A stretch of 64,000 nucleotides of DNA from an uncultured Dehalococcoidia bacterium (lineage in GTDB: Bacteria > Chloroflexota > Dehalococcoidia > Lucifugimonadales > UBA826). Each line of letters starts with the position of its first letter. Positions within the stretch are counted from its first letter, which is position 1. The DNA is taken from contig CAYMZR010000002.1 in NCBI GenBank assembly GCA_964394975.1, positions 8,979 to 72,978 of the forward strand, in the 5' to 3' direction. The position numbers and the translations under genes were made by a program. Shown here one piece after another: positions 1-9,576 of the stretch. The notes under the pieces were generated by a model. The model was given only the letters and a program-made list of their open reading frames with translations. It was not told where the DNA came from and did not search any database.

Positions 1-177
1 GGTAGAATCAAAACTCCCGGTAACATATGGGCTGAAAACGATCCTGAAAACCCCTCACTTGAGTTTGAGGCTGCTGACGAAATGGGTAAAGCTGGAGTTT
101 GGATCTGCGAGCAACCAGCGACGTACACAGGCCATATATTATTCGATCAAGATGTCTGTTACGAGCAAAATTTATAG
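1..177 (+). CDS. C-terminal fragment of an unidentified protein (gene runs off the 5' edge of the window)
   Basis: Frame 1 is open from base 1 to the TAG at 175-177 (GRIKTPGNIWAENDPENPSLEFEAADEMGKAGVWICEQPATYTGHILFDQDVCYEQNL). I recognise no family. Confidence 0.35.
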   Translation, partial: GRIKTPGNIWAENDPENPSLEFEAADEMGKAGVWICEQPATYTGHILFDQDVCYEQNL

Positions 178-203
178 CCCACCTTTCGCTTGTCTATAAA
201 TAA

Positions 204-926
204 ATGGCTCTGCAGAATCTACGACTTATACACACTTCGGACACCCATCTTGGTGACGAATTAGGTCATCCTGCATCGAATGACGCATTGGCAAAAGTTA
301 TATCTGAAACAATACTATTGGGAGCCGACTTCCTTTTAATCGCGGGAGATGTTTTTGATAACGAAAGGATCTCAAACGATCCTATAAAAAATTTTCTGAC
401 CCAAATCTCAAAGCTAAACATCCCTGTAGTTTTATTACCCGGCAATCACGATTTGATGCACCAAACATCCATTTATCGAAGGCCAATTTTCAGGGATTCT
501 CCCGGTAACCTTAATATCTTCAAAAAAGAACAAGGAGAAATAATTGATTTCAAAGAGAAAGGAATAAAATTTTGGGGCAAAGCCATGTATGAACACGGTC
601 CTCTTTTTCATCCTCTCTCCCCTACTCCAGCACAAGTCAAAGATACCTGGTTCATAGGTATGGCTCATGGTCACTTTGAAGAAAATGGAACTAATTCTGG
701 TAGGTCTTCATTAATATTCCCGAATGAGATAGCTGACTCACCTTTTGATTATATCGCCCTTGGTCATTGGGATCTCTATACGGACATATCACAGGGAAAC
801 ACTTCAGCCGTTTACTCGGGATGTCCAATGGTAGTTGGTAATAGAAATGAACCAGGTTCTGTAAGCCTGGTAGATTTAGACCCCAATAAAGGCCCAGTAC
901 ATAAACAGTGGTACCTTAAATCCTAA
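204..926 (+). CDS. calcineurin-like metallophosphoesterase (Mre11/SbcD-related fold)
   Basis: Ordered motifs HTSDTHLGD, AGDVFDN, PGNHD, GMAHGH and GHWD. The stop codon overlaps the stop of the convergent SDR gene. Confidence 0.8.
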   Translation: MALQNLRLIHTSDTHLGDELGHPASNDALAKVISETILLGADFLLIAGDVFDNERISNDPIKNFLTQISKLNIPVVLLPGNHDLMHQTSIYRRPIFRDSPGNLNIFKKEQGEIIDFKEKGIKFWGKAMYEHGPLFHPLSPTPAQVKDTWFIGMAHGHFEENGTNSGRSSLIFPNEIADSPFDYIALGHWDLYTDISQGNTSAVYSGCPMVVGNRNEPGSVSLVDLDPNKGPVHKQWYLKS

Positions 927-1684
927 CCCAGACTAACAGTCGCACCACCATCAATCACGATCGACGCACCTGTTACAAAGGATGCTTCATCCGAGGCCAA
1001 AAATAACGCCAAATTAGCGACTTCTTTGGGTTCTCCTACCCGGTTTAATAGTGAGTTGGCTGAAGCTTCTCGTAAGAATCCTTCTCTATCGGAAGGATCT
1101 ATATTTTCTTGTCTTTCGATCCCTCTTTGGTACCAATTGTTTGTGTTTATATCACCAGGGCAGATACAGTTCACTCTTATTCCATACTCACCAAAATCCA
1201 TAGCCATACACTTAGTCAATTGAGCCAGCGCTCCCTTTGAGGAGTTATATGGCAAGGAATTCGGCTGAGCAATAAAGCTACTTAAAGAAGCAATATTAAT
1301 CACGGAAGAATTTTCACTGTCTTTCAGATGATCCAAAGTAGCCTTACACACATTTGCCGCGCCAATAACGTTTACTGATATCGCCTTCATCCATTCATGT
1401 TTATCCAGATCACTCACGGCACCAAAAGTGAAAGAGGCAGCATTGTTTACCACAATATCGACACCTCCCATCAGCCCAGTTGCGTAATCAACCATTTCAG
1501 TTACATTTTTTTCATCGGAGACGTCGGTCTTATAAAAGTAGTCCCCCGAATACGAATCAAATGCCGGTCGGTTGAGATCAGCTATAAGTACATTTGCACC
1601 TTCCCTAGAGAAGCGCCTAGCAATCGCATTCCCGATACCTGACCCTCCACCAGTGATGATCGTTCTTTTGCTCTTGAGCCTCAT
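923..1684 (-). CDS. short-chain dehydrogenase/reductase (SDR family)
   Basis: TGGGSGIG cofactor motif, NNAA, and the catalytic YNSSK (YxxxK) motif. The length of 253 aa is typical. Confidence 0.9.
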   Translation of the reverse strand: MRLKSKRTIITGGGSGIGNAIARRFSREGANVLIADLNRPAFDSYSGDYFYKTDVSDEKNVTEMVDYATGLMGGVDIVVNNAASFTFGAVSDLDKHEWMKAISVNVIGAANVCKATLDHLKDSENSSVINIASLSSFIAQPNSLPYNSSKGALAQLTKCMAMDFGEYGIRVNCICPGDINTNNWYQRGIERQENIDPSDREGFLREASANSLLNRVGEPKEVANLALFLASDEASFVTGASIVIDGGATVSLG

Positions 1685-1705
1685 GTCCGAAAAACCCTGA
1701 TCTCC

Positions 1706-2395
1706 CTAACCTTTTTTATTATTTTTTATTCGCTCTAAATCTACTTCCGTAAGATATGGCTCAATTAAATTTACAATTTTTAACAGAGTTTCATCAGGAC
1801 TATCAATAGATGTATCCACTTGCACTACTGGCCCTATATCACTCTTGTCGATAAAGTATTGATATTCATCCATCACATTTTCTATGTCGGCAACAAGAAG
1901 AGGGCTGTTCGTATGATCGGAATGGTCTTTCAAATCAAACATTCGAGCTTCTATTACCTCTCTAGAGGCAACCATATGTATAGTTATAATAGGATCTCTT
2001 GTGATTTGTTTGATTCTATTTTCAATACCGACAAACACATTATTTCTGTCAAACTGCTCCCCATCCAAGCCATACCCATAATATCGCCTAGCGTACACAG
2101 CTTCTTCTATGTGAAATCCTACGGTTAGATCATCCTCTTGAACGTAGTGATGCAAATGATAGTACATCCCATAACGATGATACATTTCCTTTAATTTTGG
2201 TGATAAGTTAAGTATCTGCTCCTGTTCTTCTAAGGTAGTATCATCAGGATGGCCAGAGGTGTGCGGCAATTTCGAATGATCGTGTATCAAACCCATATAA
2301 AACGGTTCCCCCATCACTCTTAATTTCCAATCGTTGAGCATTCTAGAAATTGTTGTGGTTCCAACATATTCAATACCAGCAAGTATTATTTTCAT
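1706..2395 (-). CDS. hypothetical His-rich protein with a degenerate P-loop-like N-terminus
   Basis: The ORF track gives 1706-2428. The ATG at 2395 (MKIILAGIEYVGTTTIS...) is preceded by AAGGA. The N-terminus looks like a beta-strand plus GxxxxG[K->T]T[TS] loop. I recognise no family. Confidence 0.5.
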   Translation of the reverse strand: MKIILAGIEYVGTTTISRMLNDWKLRVMGEPFYMGLIHDHSKLPHTSGHPDDTTLEEQEQILNLSPKLKEMYHRYGMYYHLHHYVQEDDLTVGFHIEEAVYARRYYGYGLDGEQFDRNNVFVGIENRIKQITRDPIITIHMVASREVIEARMFDLKDHSDHTNSPLLVADIENVMDEYQYFIDKSDIGPVVQVDTSIDSPDETLLKIVNLIEPYLTEVDLERIKNNKKG

Positions 2396-2585
2396 CGTCA
2401 GCGTCCTTAAGCGATTTTTTTCAATCAATATTTAGTGGATATTTACATATAGATTTAGATTTGTATAGGTAGGATAAGTTCCATGGAATAAAGTTTTTGC
2501 AATTGCTACACATAAATCATAGCTATAACATCAATTACCTCTGATATACTTGAGATCCCATAATTCGTACATAGGAAGCATAACA

Positions 2586-3926
2586 TTGGCCGAAAATAAT
2601 TCACCTTTAGACGTAGAAAAAATAAGCTCACTTTGCAAGCGAAGAGGTTTCATTTTTCAGAGCAGTGAAATTTATGGAGGATTAGCCAGCACCTGGGATT
2701 ATGGCCCGTTAGGTGTGGAACTGAAAAGAAACGTAAAAGACCACTGGTGGAACACGATGGTTTGGGAACGCGATGATATGGTTGGTCTAGATGCTTCCAT
2801 ACTGATGCATCCGGATACCTGGCGTGCAAGCGGACATTTGGAAAGTTTCACAGACCCCCTAGTAGAGTGCAACGATTGCAACAGGCGGTACAGGGAAGAC
2901 CATATTGATACTGAAGTCTGTCCTGAATGCTCAGGAAAATTAACCGAACCTCGTCTTTTTCACCTCATGTTCAAAACTTTTATGGGACCAGTTGAAGAAG
3001 ACGCTTCTATTGTTTACCTAAGGCCAGAAACCGCTCAAGGAATCTTTGTAAATTTTAATAATGTGATCAACTCCACTAGAAAAAAACTTCCATTTGGTAT
3101 AGCACAAATTGGCAAGTCTTTCCGAAACGAAATAACCACGGGAAATTTCATTTTCAGGACCAGAGAGTTTGAAATGATGGAAATCGAATATTTTGTAATG
3201 CCAGGCGAAGATGAAAAAATTCACGATAACTGGATTCAAGATTGTCTGTCATGGTACGGTGACATAGGATTAAACCCTGAAAATTTGCGAGTCAGACCTC
3301 ACGATGAAGATGAACTGTCTCACTATGCTAAGGCCACTTATGATATTGAGTATAGATTCCCGTGGGGCTGGGGCGAGATCCAAGGAATAGCCAACCGCAC
3401 AGACTACGATTTGAAATCCCATATGGCAATGAGTGGCGAAAAACTCACTTATTTCGATGATTCTTCAAGTCAACATGTCATACCATATGTGATAGAACCA
3501 TCATTCGGTGTAGACAGGGCTGTGATGGCTCTTTTGGTTGATGCCTACATAGAAGAAGAAATTACTTCGGCATCAGGAAAGACTGAAACACGAGTACTAC
3601 TCAGATTAGATCCTTCTATCTCTCCGGTCAAAGTTGCGGTATTACCTTTAAGTAGAAATGAAAAGTTGACCCCGCTAGCCAAGTCGGTCTTCGACACACT
3701 TCGTAGATCCAATTTGATTGGAGGACATGTGCAATACGACGATGCTCAAAGTATAGGAAGAAGATATCGCAGGCAAGATGAAATAGGAACTCCATTATGT
3801 GTGACTGTCGACTTTGATTCCCTTGATGATAATGCCGTTACCATCCGGGAAAGAGATTCGATGGGGCAAACTAGAGTTAGTTTGGATGCTTTAGAGTCAG
3901 AGCTAGCACTCAAATTAAAAAGCTAG
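2586..3926 (+). CDS. glyQS: glycine--tRNA ligase, dimeric class II (GlyQS type)
   Basis: CKRRGFIFQSSEIYGG...WDYGPLGVELKRN N-terminus, class II motifs (YLRPETAQG, FRNEI, GVDR), and a CxxC...CxxC insertion. The ORF is open from 2550, but the TTG at 2586 has an AGGAAG SD 7 nt upstream. Confidence 0.92.
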   Translation: MAENNSPLDVEKISSLCKRRGFIFQSSEIYGGLASTWDYGPLGVELKRNVKDHWWNTMVWERDDMVGLDASILMHPDTWRASGHLESFTDPLVECNDCNRRYREDHIDTEVCPECSGKLTEPRLFHLMFKTFMGPVEEDASIVYLRPETAQGIFVNFNNVINSTRKKLPFGIAQIGKSFRNEITTGNFIFRTREFEMMEIEYFVMPGEDEKIHDNWIQDCLSWYGDIGLNPENLRVRPHDEDELSHYAKATYDIEYRFPWGWGEIQGIANRTDYDLKSHMAMSGEKLTYFDDSSSQHVIPYVIEPSFGVDRAVMALLVDAYIEEEITSASGKTETRVLLRLDPSISPVKVAVLPLSRNEKLTPLAKSVFDTLRRSNLIGGHVQYDDAQSIGRRYRRQDEIGTPLCVTVDFDSLDDNAVTIRERDSMGQTRVSLDALESELALKLKS

Positions 3927-3986
3927 TTTTGGCTTTATAGTTCCCTTAGATCAGCCGATAATAGGAAATGACAAAAAGTGGTTTAA

Positions 3987-5222
3987 ATGCTAATAATTCA
4001 TACCGCTGACATACATATAGGAGTCGAAAATTACAGTAGGCCAGATCCAAGAACTAGAACATCATCACGACTTCAAGATTTTTTAAGGTCCTTAGACGAA
4101 CTGGTTGATTATTCAATAGATAATGAAGCAGATTTAGTACTGATTTGCGGAGATGTATATAAAAGTAGAAACCCGACACAAACTCATCAAAGAGAATTTG
4201 TAAAAAGAATTTCTAGGCTTGCCAGAGAAGGGATCAAGGTTTTTCTATTGGCCGGCAACCATGATTCCCCAAACGTCCCAGGCCCAGCAACTACACTGGA
4301 CATATTTCCTACACTAGACATAGAAAATGTGCAGATCGCCAACGAACTAAACACCCAGGTAGTTCAAACCCGTAATGGATCCATTCAAGTAATATCATTG
4401 CCGTGGATTAGAAAAGGCGACTTTATGTCCCATGAGAAATATAACCAACTATCGAATGAAAAATTTAACTCAGCTATTGAGGAAAAATTAATTGACGACC
4501 TAAATAAAGAAATAGCTAATTTAGATCCCTCAATGCCAAGCATATTAGCTTCTCATGTATCGACAGACCTGGCTAAAACAAGCTCAGAAAAATCTATGAC
4601 CCTTGGAAAAGACTACCTCTTGCCAACTAAATTTTTAGCTAATCCAAAGCTAGATTACATAGCCCTTGGTCATATCCATAGGCACCAAGTACTAAACGAA
4701 GAACCGCCGGTAGTGTACTCAGGTAGTTTAGAAAGAATAGATTTTGGAGAAGAAAAAGATTCTAAAGGATTTTGTGCGATAGACATTTCCACTACCCCAG
4801 ATAAAAAAAATAGATTGAACTCCTATGAATTTATTGAGGTAAATGCAAGAAGGTTCAGAACTATTTCAACAAAGATAGAAGAAAGTGATGAATACCCTAA
4901 CGAGAAAATTTTAGCCGAGATAGCAAAACACGACGTAAAAGGCGCCATCGTGCAAGTAATAATTGAAGTCAATTCGGCACGGTACAGAGAAATATCTGAC
5001 AAGAAGATCAGGGAAAGTCTGTCTGAAGCAAATTTTATAGCTGCAGTAAGAAAAAATGTCATTACCGAAAGCAAAAACAGATTGGGGAAGGAGTTACATG
5101 AATCAATCCCTGTAATTGAAGCTCTAGAAACCTATTTAAAAGAACGCCAAATAGATGACCGGAGAATACGATTGCTACTTGAGAAAGGTCAGAATCTTAT
5201 ATCAGAAAACCCACCCCAATGA
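3987..5222 (+). CDS. sbcD: SbcD/Mre11-family DNA repair exonuclease
   Basis: HTADIHIG, CGDVYKSRNP, AGNHD, SH and GHIH phosphoesterase motifs, plus a C-terminal capping region. No sbcC follows. Confidence 0.8.
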   Translation: MLIIHTADIHIGVENYSRPDPRTRTSSRLQDFLRSLDELVDYSIDNEADLVLICGDVYKSRNPTQTHQREFVKRISRLAREGIKVFLLAGNHDSPNVPGPATTLDIFPTLDIENVQIANELNTQVVQTRNGSIQVISLPWIRKGDFMSHEKYNQLSNEKFNSAIEEKLIDDLNKEIANLDPSMPSILASHVSTDLAKTSSEKSMTLGKDYLLPTKFLANPKLDYIALGHIHRHQVLNEEPPVVYSGSLERIDFGEEKDSKGFCAIDISTTPDKKNRLNSYEFIEVNARRFRTISTKIEESDEYPNEKILAEIAKHDVKGAIVQVIIEVNSARYREISDKKIRESLSEANFIAAVRKNVITESKNRLGKELHESIPVIEALETYLKERQIDDRRIRLLLEKGQNLISENPPQ

Positions 5223-5263
5223 TACTGATTTCTCAACAGGGACATCATTCGAAAATCTACCCG

Positions 5264-5770
5264 ATGAAACCCTCATTATTGTTACTATTTGCATTAATTC
5301 TGATGGGGGGCTGCTCACTTATGAATCCTCATCAAACAGCACCGCCATTCATGATTGATCTCTACCATACAACTGATCACAGTGAGCACGAGGTATTCAA
5401 TTTGGAACAGCACAAGGGAACCCCTACATTTATAAATTTTTGGTTCCCTTCTTGCCCTCCCTGTGTTGCGGAAATGCCTCAACTTAATAAGTTTTATTCA
5501 CAACACAAAAATGACGTAAATGTGGTAGCGATTCAACTTATCGGGCTCGACTCCATGGAAGATGGACAAAAGTTTGTAAAGGAAAAAGGTATCCATTTTG
5601 CAGTTGGCCCAGATCCAATGGGAAAAGTCTCAGTCGATTACCAAATCAGTGTGTATCCAACCACTATATTTGTAGACTCAGAGGGAAACATAGTGGATTA
5701 TTGGCAGGGAGAGATCAATGCCGAAGAACTCAAACAAAAATTTACGGATATACAAAACCCTGAGGATTGA
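5264..5770 (+). CDS. TlpA/ResA-family thiol:disulfide oxidoreductase, probable lipoprotein
   Basis: WFPSCPPCVAEMP thioredoxin-fold CxxC motif. MKPSLLLLFALILMGGC looks like a signal peptide with a lipobox. The ORF is also open from the ATG at 5219, which overlaps the sbcD stop (ATGA). Confidence 0.85.
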   Translation: MKPSLLLLFALILMGGCSLMNPHQTAPPFMIDLYHTTDHSEHEVFNLEQHKGTPTFINFWFPSCPPCVAEMPQLNKFYSQHKNDVNVVAIQLIGLDSMEDGQKFVKEKGIHFAVGPDPMGKVSVDYQISVYPTTIFVDSEGNIVDYWQGEINAEELKQKFTDIQNPED

Positions 5771-5773
5771 AAT

Positions 5774-6274
5774 TTGGATATAACTGACTTGTTCCATGTT
5801 TTCGTCAGATGGGCCCATCTTGTATCTGCTGGTGCGTGGGTGGGGGGTAGTATTTTCTGGATTCTTGTCTTAAACCCTTCCACAAGACAATTTGACTCGG
5901 ATTTTGTCAGTCAATTACAAGGCCAAATTTCCACTGAATTCCGAGGATTAGTTGACACCTGTATATTCATTCTTTTGACAACCGGCGCCATAATGACATT
6001 TAACAGACTTACACCTGGAAATATAGGTTACCAATATGTATTAGTTTTAGGTTTAAAAATCATTTTTGCGGCGGCAATGTTCTATTTGATAAGAGCCAAA
6101 CGCCAATCAAAAACAACTCGTGTTAAAACAAATTCCAACAATACTCCGAAAGGCACACTAGGACAATTTACAAAAATGGCAACTGCCTATAATTTGGTGT
6201 TACTACTGGGACTAATGGTATATCTGTTATCAGATTTGATGAACATGATCTACATGGCAACTGTATCAAATTAA
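5774..6274 (+). CDS. integral membrane protein, CopD-like (about 4 TM helices)
   Basis: A TTG start lies 7 nt after a GAGGA SD. The RWAHLVSAGAWVGGSIF segment resembles the CopD-domain signature (from memory). There are four hydrophobic helices. Confidence 0.55.
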   Translation: MDITDLFHVFVRWAHLVSAGAWVGGSIFWILVLNPSTRQFDSDFVSQLQGQISTEFRGLVDTCIFILLTTGAIMTFNRLTPGNIGYQYVLVLGLKIIFAAAMFYLIRAKRQSKTTRVKTNSNNTPKGTLGQFTKMATAYNLVLLLGLMVYLLSDLMNMIYMATVSN

Positions 6275-6301
6275 AATGAAATTATTGATAGAGGTTAATT
6301 G

Positions 6302-6487
6302 ATGAAAAAGTCATTTTTGGACGTCATTAGATGTCCTCTATGCAAATCTAACTTCGATGCCCATGCGGATGTGGAAAAGGGAGATGACATAATTCAAGGC
6401 ACCCTAATTTGTAGCGGATGTGGAGAAATATTTCCAATCGATAAGTCAATCCCAAACCTACTCCCTCCGGAATTGCGCAGCAAATGA
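6302..6487 (+). CDS. Trm112-family small zinc-ribbon protein
   Basis: CPLCKS...CSGCGEIFPIDKSIPNLL matches the Trm112/DUF343 pattern. An AGAGG SD lies upstream of the ATG at 6302. Confidence 0.7.
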   Translation: MKKSFLDVIRCPLCKSNFDAHADVEKGDDIIQGTLICSGCGEIFPIDKSIPNLLPPELRSK

Positions 6488-6494
6488 AAACAAA

Positions 6495-6992
6495 CTACCT
6501 AATTGGAATTGGATACCCTACGGGTATACATATGTCCGATGGTTGATCCTCTTTTAATTTGCAAATCATCTGTCGCACATTCACATCCAGCACCGGATGA
6601 ACTAAATCAGGTGCTATTTCAGACAATGGCTCCAAAACAAACAATCTCTCTGGAAGTCTGGGATGAGGAAGAGTCAAAGTTTTACTTTGAACAATAAAAT
6701 TCCCCCATATTAAAATATCCAAATCAATTGACCTAGGAGAGTTAGGAAATACCCTATGTCTATAAAAATATGTCTCAATCTCCTTTAACCGGTGAAGAAA
6801 AATCCAGGGACTCAAAGCCGTTGATAATTTGCACACAGAATTCAAAAAGTTTGGCTGATTAGAAAATCCTTTTGGAGTGGATTCATATATTTTTGAAGAC
6901 TTCAATTCCATAGAAATCAAACCAAGCATGCTAATAGCCTGCGAAATACTACCTTTCTGATCACCTAAATTACTTCCTAAACCTACATACAC
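6495..6992 (-). CDS. folK: 2-amino-4-hydroxy-6-hydroxymethyldihydropteridine diphosphokinase (HPPK)
   Basis: VGLGSNLGD, PRSIDLDIL and LTLPHPRLPERLFVLEPL motifs. It lies immediately downstream of folP. Confidence 0.9.
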   Translation of the reverse strand: MYVGLGSNLGDQKGSISQAISMLGLISMELKSSKIYESTPKGFSNQPNFLNSVCKLSTALSPWIFLHRLKEIETYFYRHRVFPNSPRSIDLDILIWGNFIVQSKTLTLPHPRLPERLFVLEPLSEIAPDLVHPVLDVNVRQMICKLKEDQPSDICIPVGYPIPIR

Positions 6993-7012
6993 ATCAGTTG
7001 AATTTCGGATAT

Positions 7013-7873
7013 CTATCCCCTCCTCACAATTGCATCAGTCATCTTAGATACTCGGTACATTTCTTTGACATCATGAACTCGAACCATATCGGCTCCTCGT
7101 GAAATAGCTACTGCTACTGTGGCAGCAGTGCCTTCAATCCGGTCATCAACTGTCAAATCTAAAACCTCCCCAATGGTGGCTTTTCTAGACGTACCTACAA
7201 GTAAGGGAAGTCCTATTTTTTTGTATTCTTGCAGTCGATTTAAAATTTCGAGGTTCTCAGTAGTTCTTTTGGAAAACCCTATGCCTGGGTCTATGATGAT
7301 TTTATCTTGGTGTATGCCACTATCCACTGCAAATTCCACTTGAGCTTTTAGAAAGTCCAAAGTGTCTAATACCACATCACGATATCTCGGTTCTTTTGCG
7401 TTATGCATTAACACCACAGAAACTCCAGTATCGGCAATAAGAGGAGCCATTTCTGGGTCTCCAGAAAGTCCCCATATGTCATTTACGACATGAGCCCCTG
7501 CAGCAATCGCTGCTTCTGCCACCTTTGATTTGTATGTGTCAACACTGATCAAGCAGTTAGCTTTATTCGCCAACCCATGTATGGTTGGAATGACTCTATC
7601 CAACTCTTCATCTAGCGATATTTTATCCACTTCCCCATAGACCGCGTGAGGTCTTGATGACTCTCCTCCAACATCTAATACATCGGCCCCGTCGGCTAAC
7701 ATATCAATCCCTTTATCAACCGCCAAGTCCACGGCCGAATAGATACCATCATTAGAAAAAGAATCCGGAGTAGTATTCAATATTCCCATCACATAAGTTC
7801 TTGATCCCCAATTAAACAAGGTCGACTCCAAACTAATCCTCATGCACTCCCTTAATATGCTCATAATAGGCAT
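7013..7873 (-). CDS. folP: dihydropteroate synthase
   Basis: MGILNTTPDSFSNDG, DVGGESSRP, NDIWG and DPGIGFSK motifs. Confidence 0.92.
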   Translation of the reverse strand: MPIMSILRECMRISLESTLFNWGSRTYVMGILNTTPDSFSNDGIYSAVDLAVDKGIDMLADGADVLDVGGESSRPHAVYGEVDKISLDEELDRVIPTIHGLANKANCLISVDTYKSKVAEAAIAAGAHVVNDIWGLSGDPEMAPLIADTGVSVVLMHNAKEPRYRDVVLDTLDFLKAQVEFAVDSGIHQDKIIIDPGIGFSKRTTENLEILNRLQEYKKIGLPLLVGTSRKATIGEVLDLTVDDRIEGTAATVAVAISRGADMVRVHDVKEMYRVSKMTDAIVRRG

Positions 7874-7910
7874 TGATGGCTAACTGAAAATATCCACCTT
7901 CACACCATGC

Positions 7911-7939
7911 CTGACATACTTTTTGGGGTGAGATATAAT
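7911..7939 (+). promoter_or_regulatory. candidate sigma70-type promoter for the carboxyltransferase operon
   Basis: CTGACA (7911-7916), a 17-nt spacer, then TATAAT (7934-7939), about 70 nt upstream of the ATG at 8009. Confidence 0.35.
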
Positions 7940-8008
7940 TGTGCTCTAGGGAAGCATATTAACATTTCAACAATTACCTTTAATGATCTAACATTTTAAT
8001 CTAGCTAC

Positions 8009-9571
8009 ATGACACTAGAAAACTCAACATCTAAAAAGCACGCAGAATTACTTGATAAGAAAGCCCTAGGCCTAAAGGGTGGTGGGGACAAACGAGTCGA
8101 AGCTCAACACAAAAGAGGCAAGTTAACTGCTAGAGAAAGGATTTCCCTACTCTTAGATGAAGGGACATTTGAAGAATTAGACCCCTTAGTATTGCACCGG
8201 TCTGCCGATTTTGGTCTTGAAAACCAGCAGTACCTCGGTGACGCGGTCGTGACTGGATATGGCGAAGTAAACGGCAGACTAACATTTGTATATGCCCAAG
8301 ATTTTACCGTTCTGGGAGGTTCACTATCAGAGGCAGTGGCAAATAAAATATGCAAAGTCATGGACAGAGCCATGGATAATGGTGCCCCAATTGTCGGTCT
8401 AATTGATTCCGGTGGAGCTAGAATCCAAGAAGGTGTAGACAGCCTGTCTGGATATGGAGCTATTTTCCAAAGGAACGTGATGGCTTCAGGAGTAATCCCG
8501 CAGATATCAGTAATGATGGGACCCGCCGCAGGAGGAGCAACCTATTCACCTGCCTTAACAGACTTCATTTTTATGGTGGAAGGACTAGGCCAGATGTACA
8601 TAACAGGCCCTGACGTTATTAAAGCCGTGACAGGAGAAGAAATTTCCCATGAAGATTTAGGGGGAAGTGAAGCTCACACAGTAAAAAGTGGCGTCGCTCA
8701 TTTCGCTGACGACACTGAGGAATCTTGCATCTCTAAGGTCCAAAACCTGCTAAGTTTTCTACCCCAAAACAATATGGAAAATCCACCTGCTGCCGCGGTT
8801 ACTGACCTTTCAGATAGATATGCAGACTCATTGAATAAAATTATCCCAGACAACCCTAACCAGCCCTACAACATGTTAGATGTTATTCATACAGTTGTAG
8901 ACAACAAAGACTTCTTACAAGTACATCAAAAATTTGCTCCTAATATTTTAGTTGGCCTAGCAAGATTCGACGGTAACCCTGTAGGAATAGTGGCCCAGCA
9001 GCCTGACCATAACGCAGGTGTTTTAGATATAGATGCGTCGGTGAAAGCAGCGCGATTTGTAAGATTTTGTGATGCTTTTAACATTCCGTTAGTCACTTTT
9101 ATTGACGTACCTGGATTCTTGCCAGGGAGCTCTCAAGAATATGGCGGCATTATTAGACATGGAGCAAAACTGATATTTGCTTACGCTGAAGCCACCGTCC
9201 CTAAAATAAGCGTCTTGACTAGAAAGGCTTACGGTGGAGCATACATCGTGATGAGCAGCAAGAATCTAAAGGGCGACATTAACTATTCTTGGCCAACTGG
9301 ACAAGTCGCCGTTATGGGCGCTGAAGGAGCTGTAAACATAATTCACCGTTCAAAAATTATGGATTCAGACGATCCCAAAAAGTTGACTGCTGAACTAGTG
9401 TCAGAATATGAGGGAAACTTGATGAACCCTTATATAGCGGCTAGCAGAGGTATGATAGATGATGTTATAGAACCCGGCGAAACGCGCACAAAAATTATTA
9501 AGGCACTTAAGATGCTGGCAAATAAAAGAGACAACATGCCCCCGAAAAAGCATGGAAGTATCCCTTTATAA
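8009..9571 (+). CDS. acyl-CoA carboxyltransferase (propionyl-CoA carboxylase beta / methylmalonyl-CoA carboxyltransferase 12S type)
   Basis: RGKLTARERISLLLDEGTFEE N-terminus. It has two crotonase-like CT halves and reads like the PccB/MmdA family along its full 520 aa. Confidence 0.92.
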   Translation: MTLENSTSKKHAELLDKKALGLKGGGDKRVEAQHKRGKLTARERISLLLDEGTFEELDPLVLHRSADFGLENQQYLGDAVVTGYGEVNGRLTFVYAQDFTVLGGSLSEAVANKICKVMDRAMDNGAPIVGLIDSGGARIQEGVDSLSGYGAIFQRNVMASGVIPQISVMMGPAAGGATYSPALTDFIFMVEGLGQMYITGPDVIKAVTGEEISHEDLGGSEAHTVKSGVAHFADDTEESCISKVQNLLSFLPQNNMENPPAAAVTDLSDRYADSLNKIIPDNPNQPYNMLDVIHTVVDNKDFLQVHQKFAPNILVGLARFDGNPVGIVAQQPDHNAGVLDIDASVKAARFVRFCDAFNIPLVTFIDVPGFLPGSSQEYGGIIRHGAKLIFAYAEATVPKISVLTRKAYGGAYIVMSSKNLKGDINYSWPTGQVAVMGAEGAVNIIHRSKIMDSDDPKKLTAELVSEYEGNLMNPYIAASRGMIDDVIEPGETRTKIIKALKMLANKRDNMPPKKHGSIPL

Positions 9572-9576
9572 ACTGT

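Noticed and set aside
5768-5776. The TGA stop of the TlpA-like gene is in the same frame as the following membrane-protein ORF, with only one codon between them. A palindrome AGATGGGCCCATCT lies about 36 nt downstream. This raised the idea of a second Sec or readthrough fusion.
   Set aside because: The TGA lies in a C-terminal tail or linker (..NPED*), not in a redox motif. The downstream ORF has its own well-spaced GAGGA Shine-Dalgarno and TTG start. A shared frame happens by chance one time in three, and the palindrome has essentially no loop.
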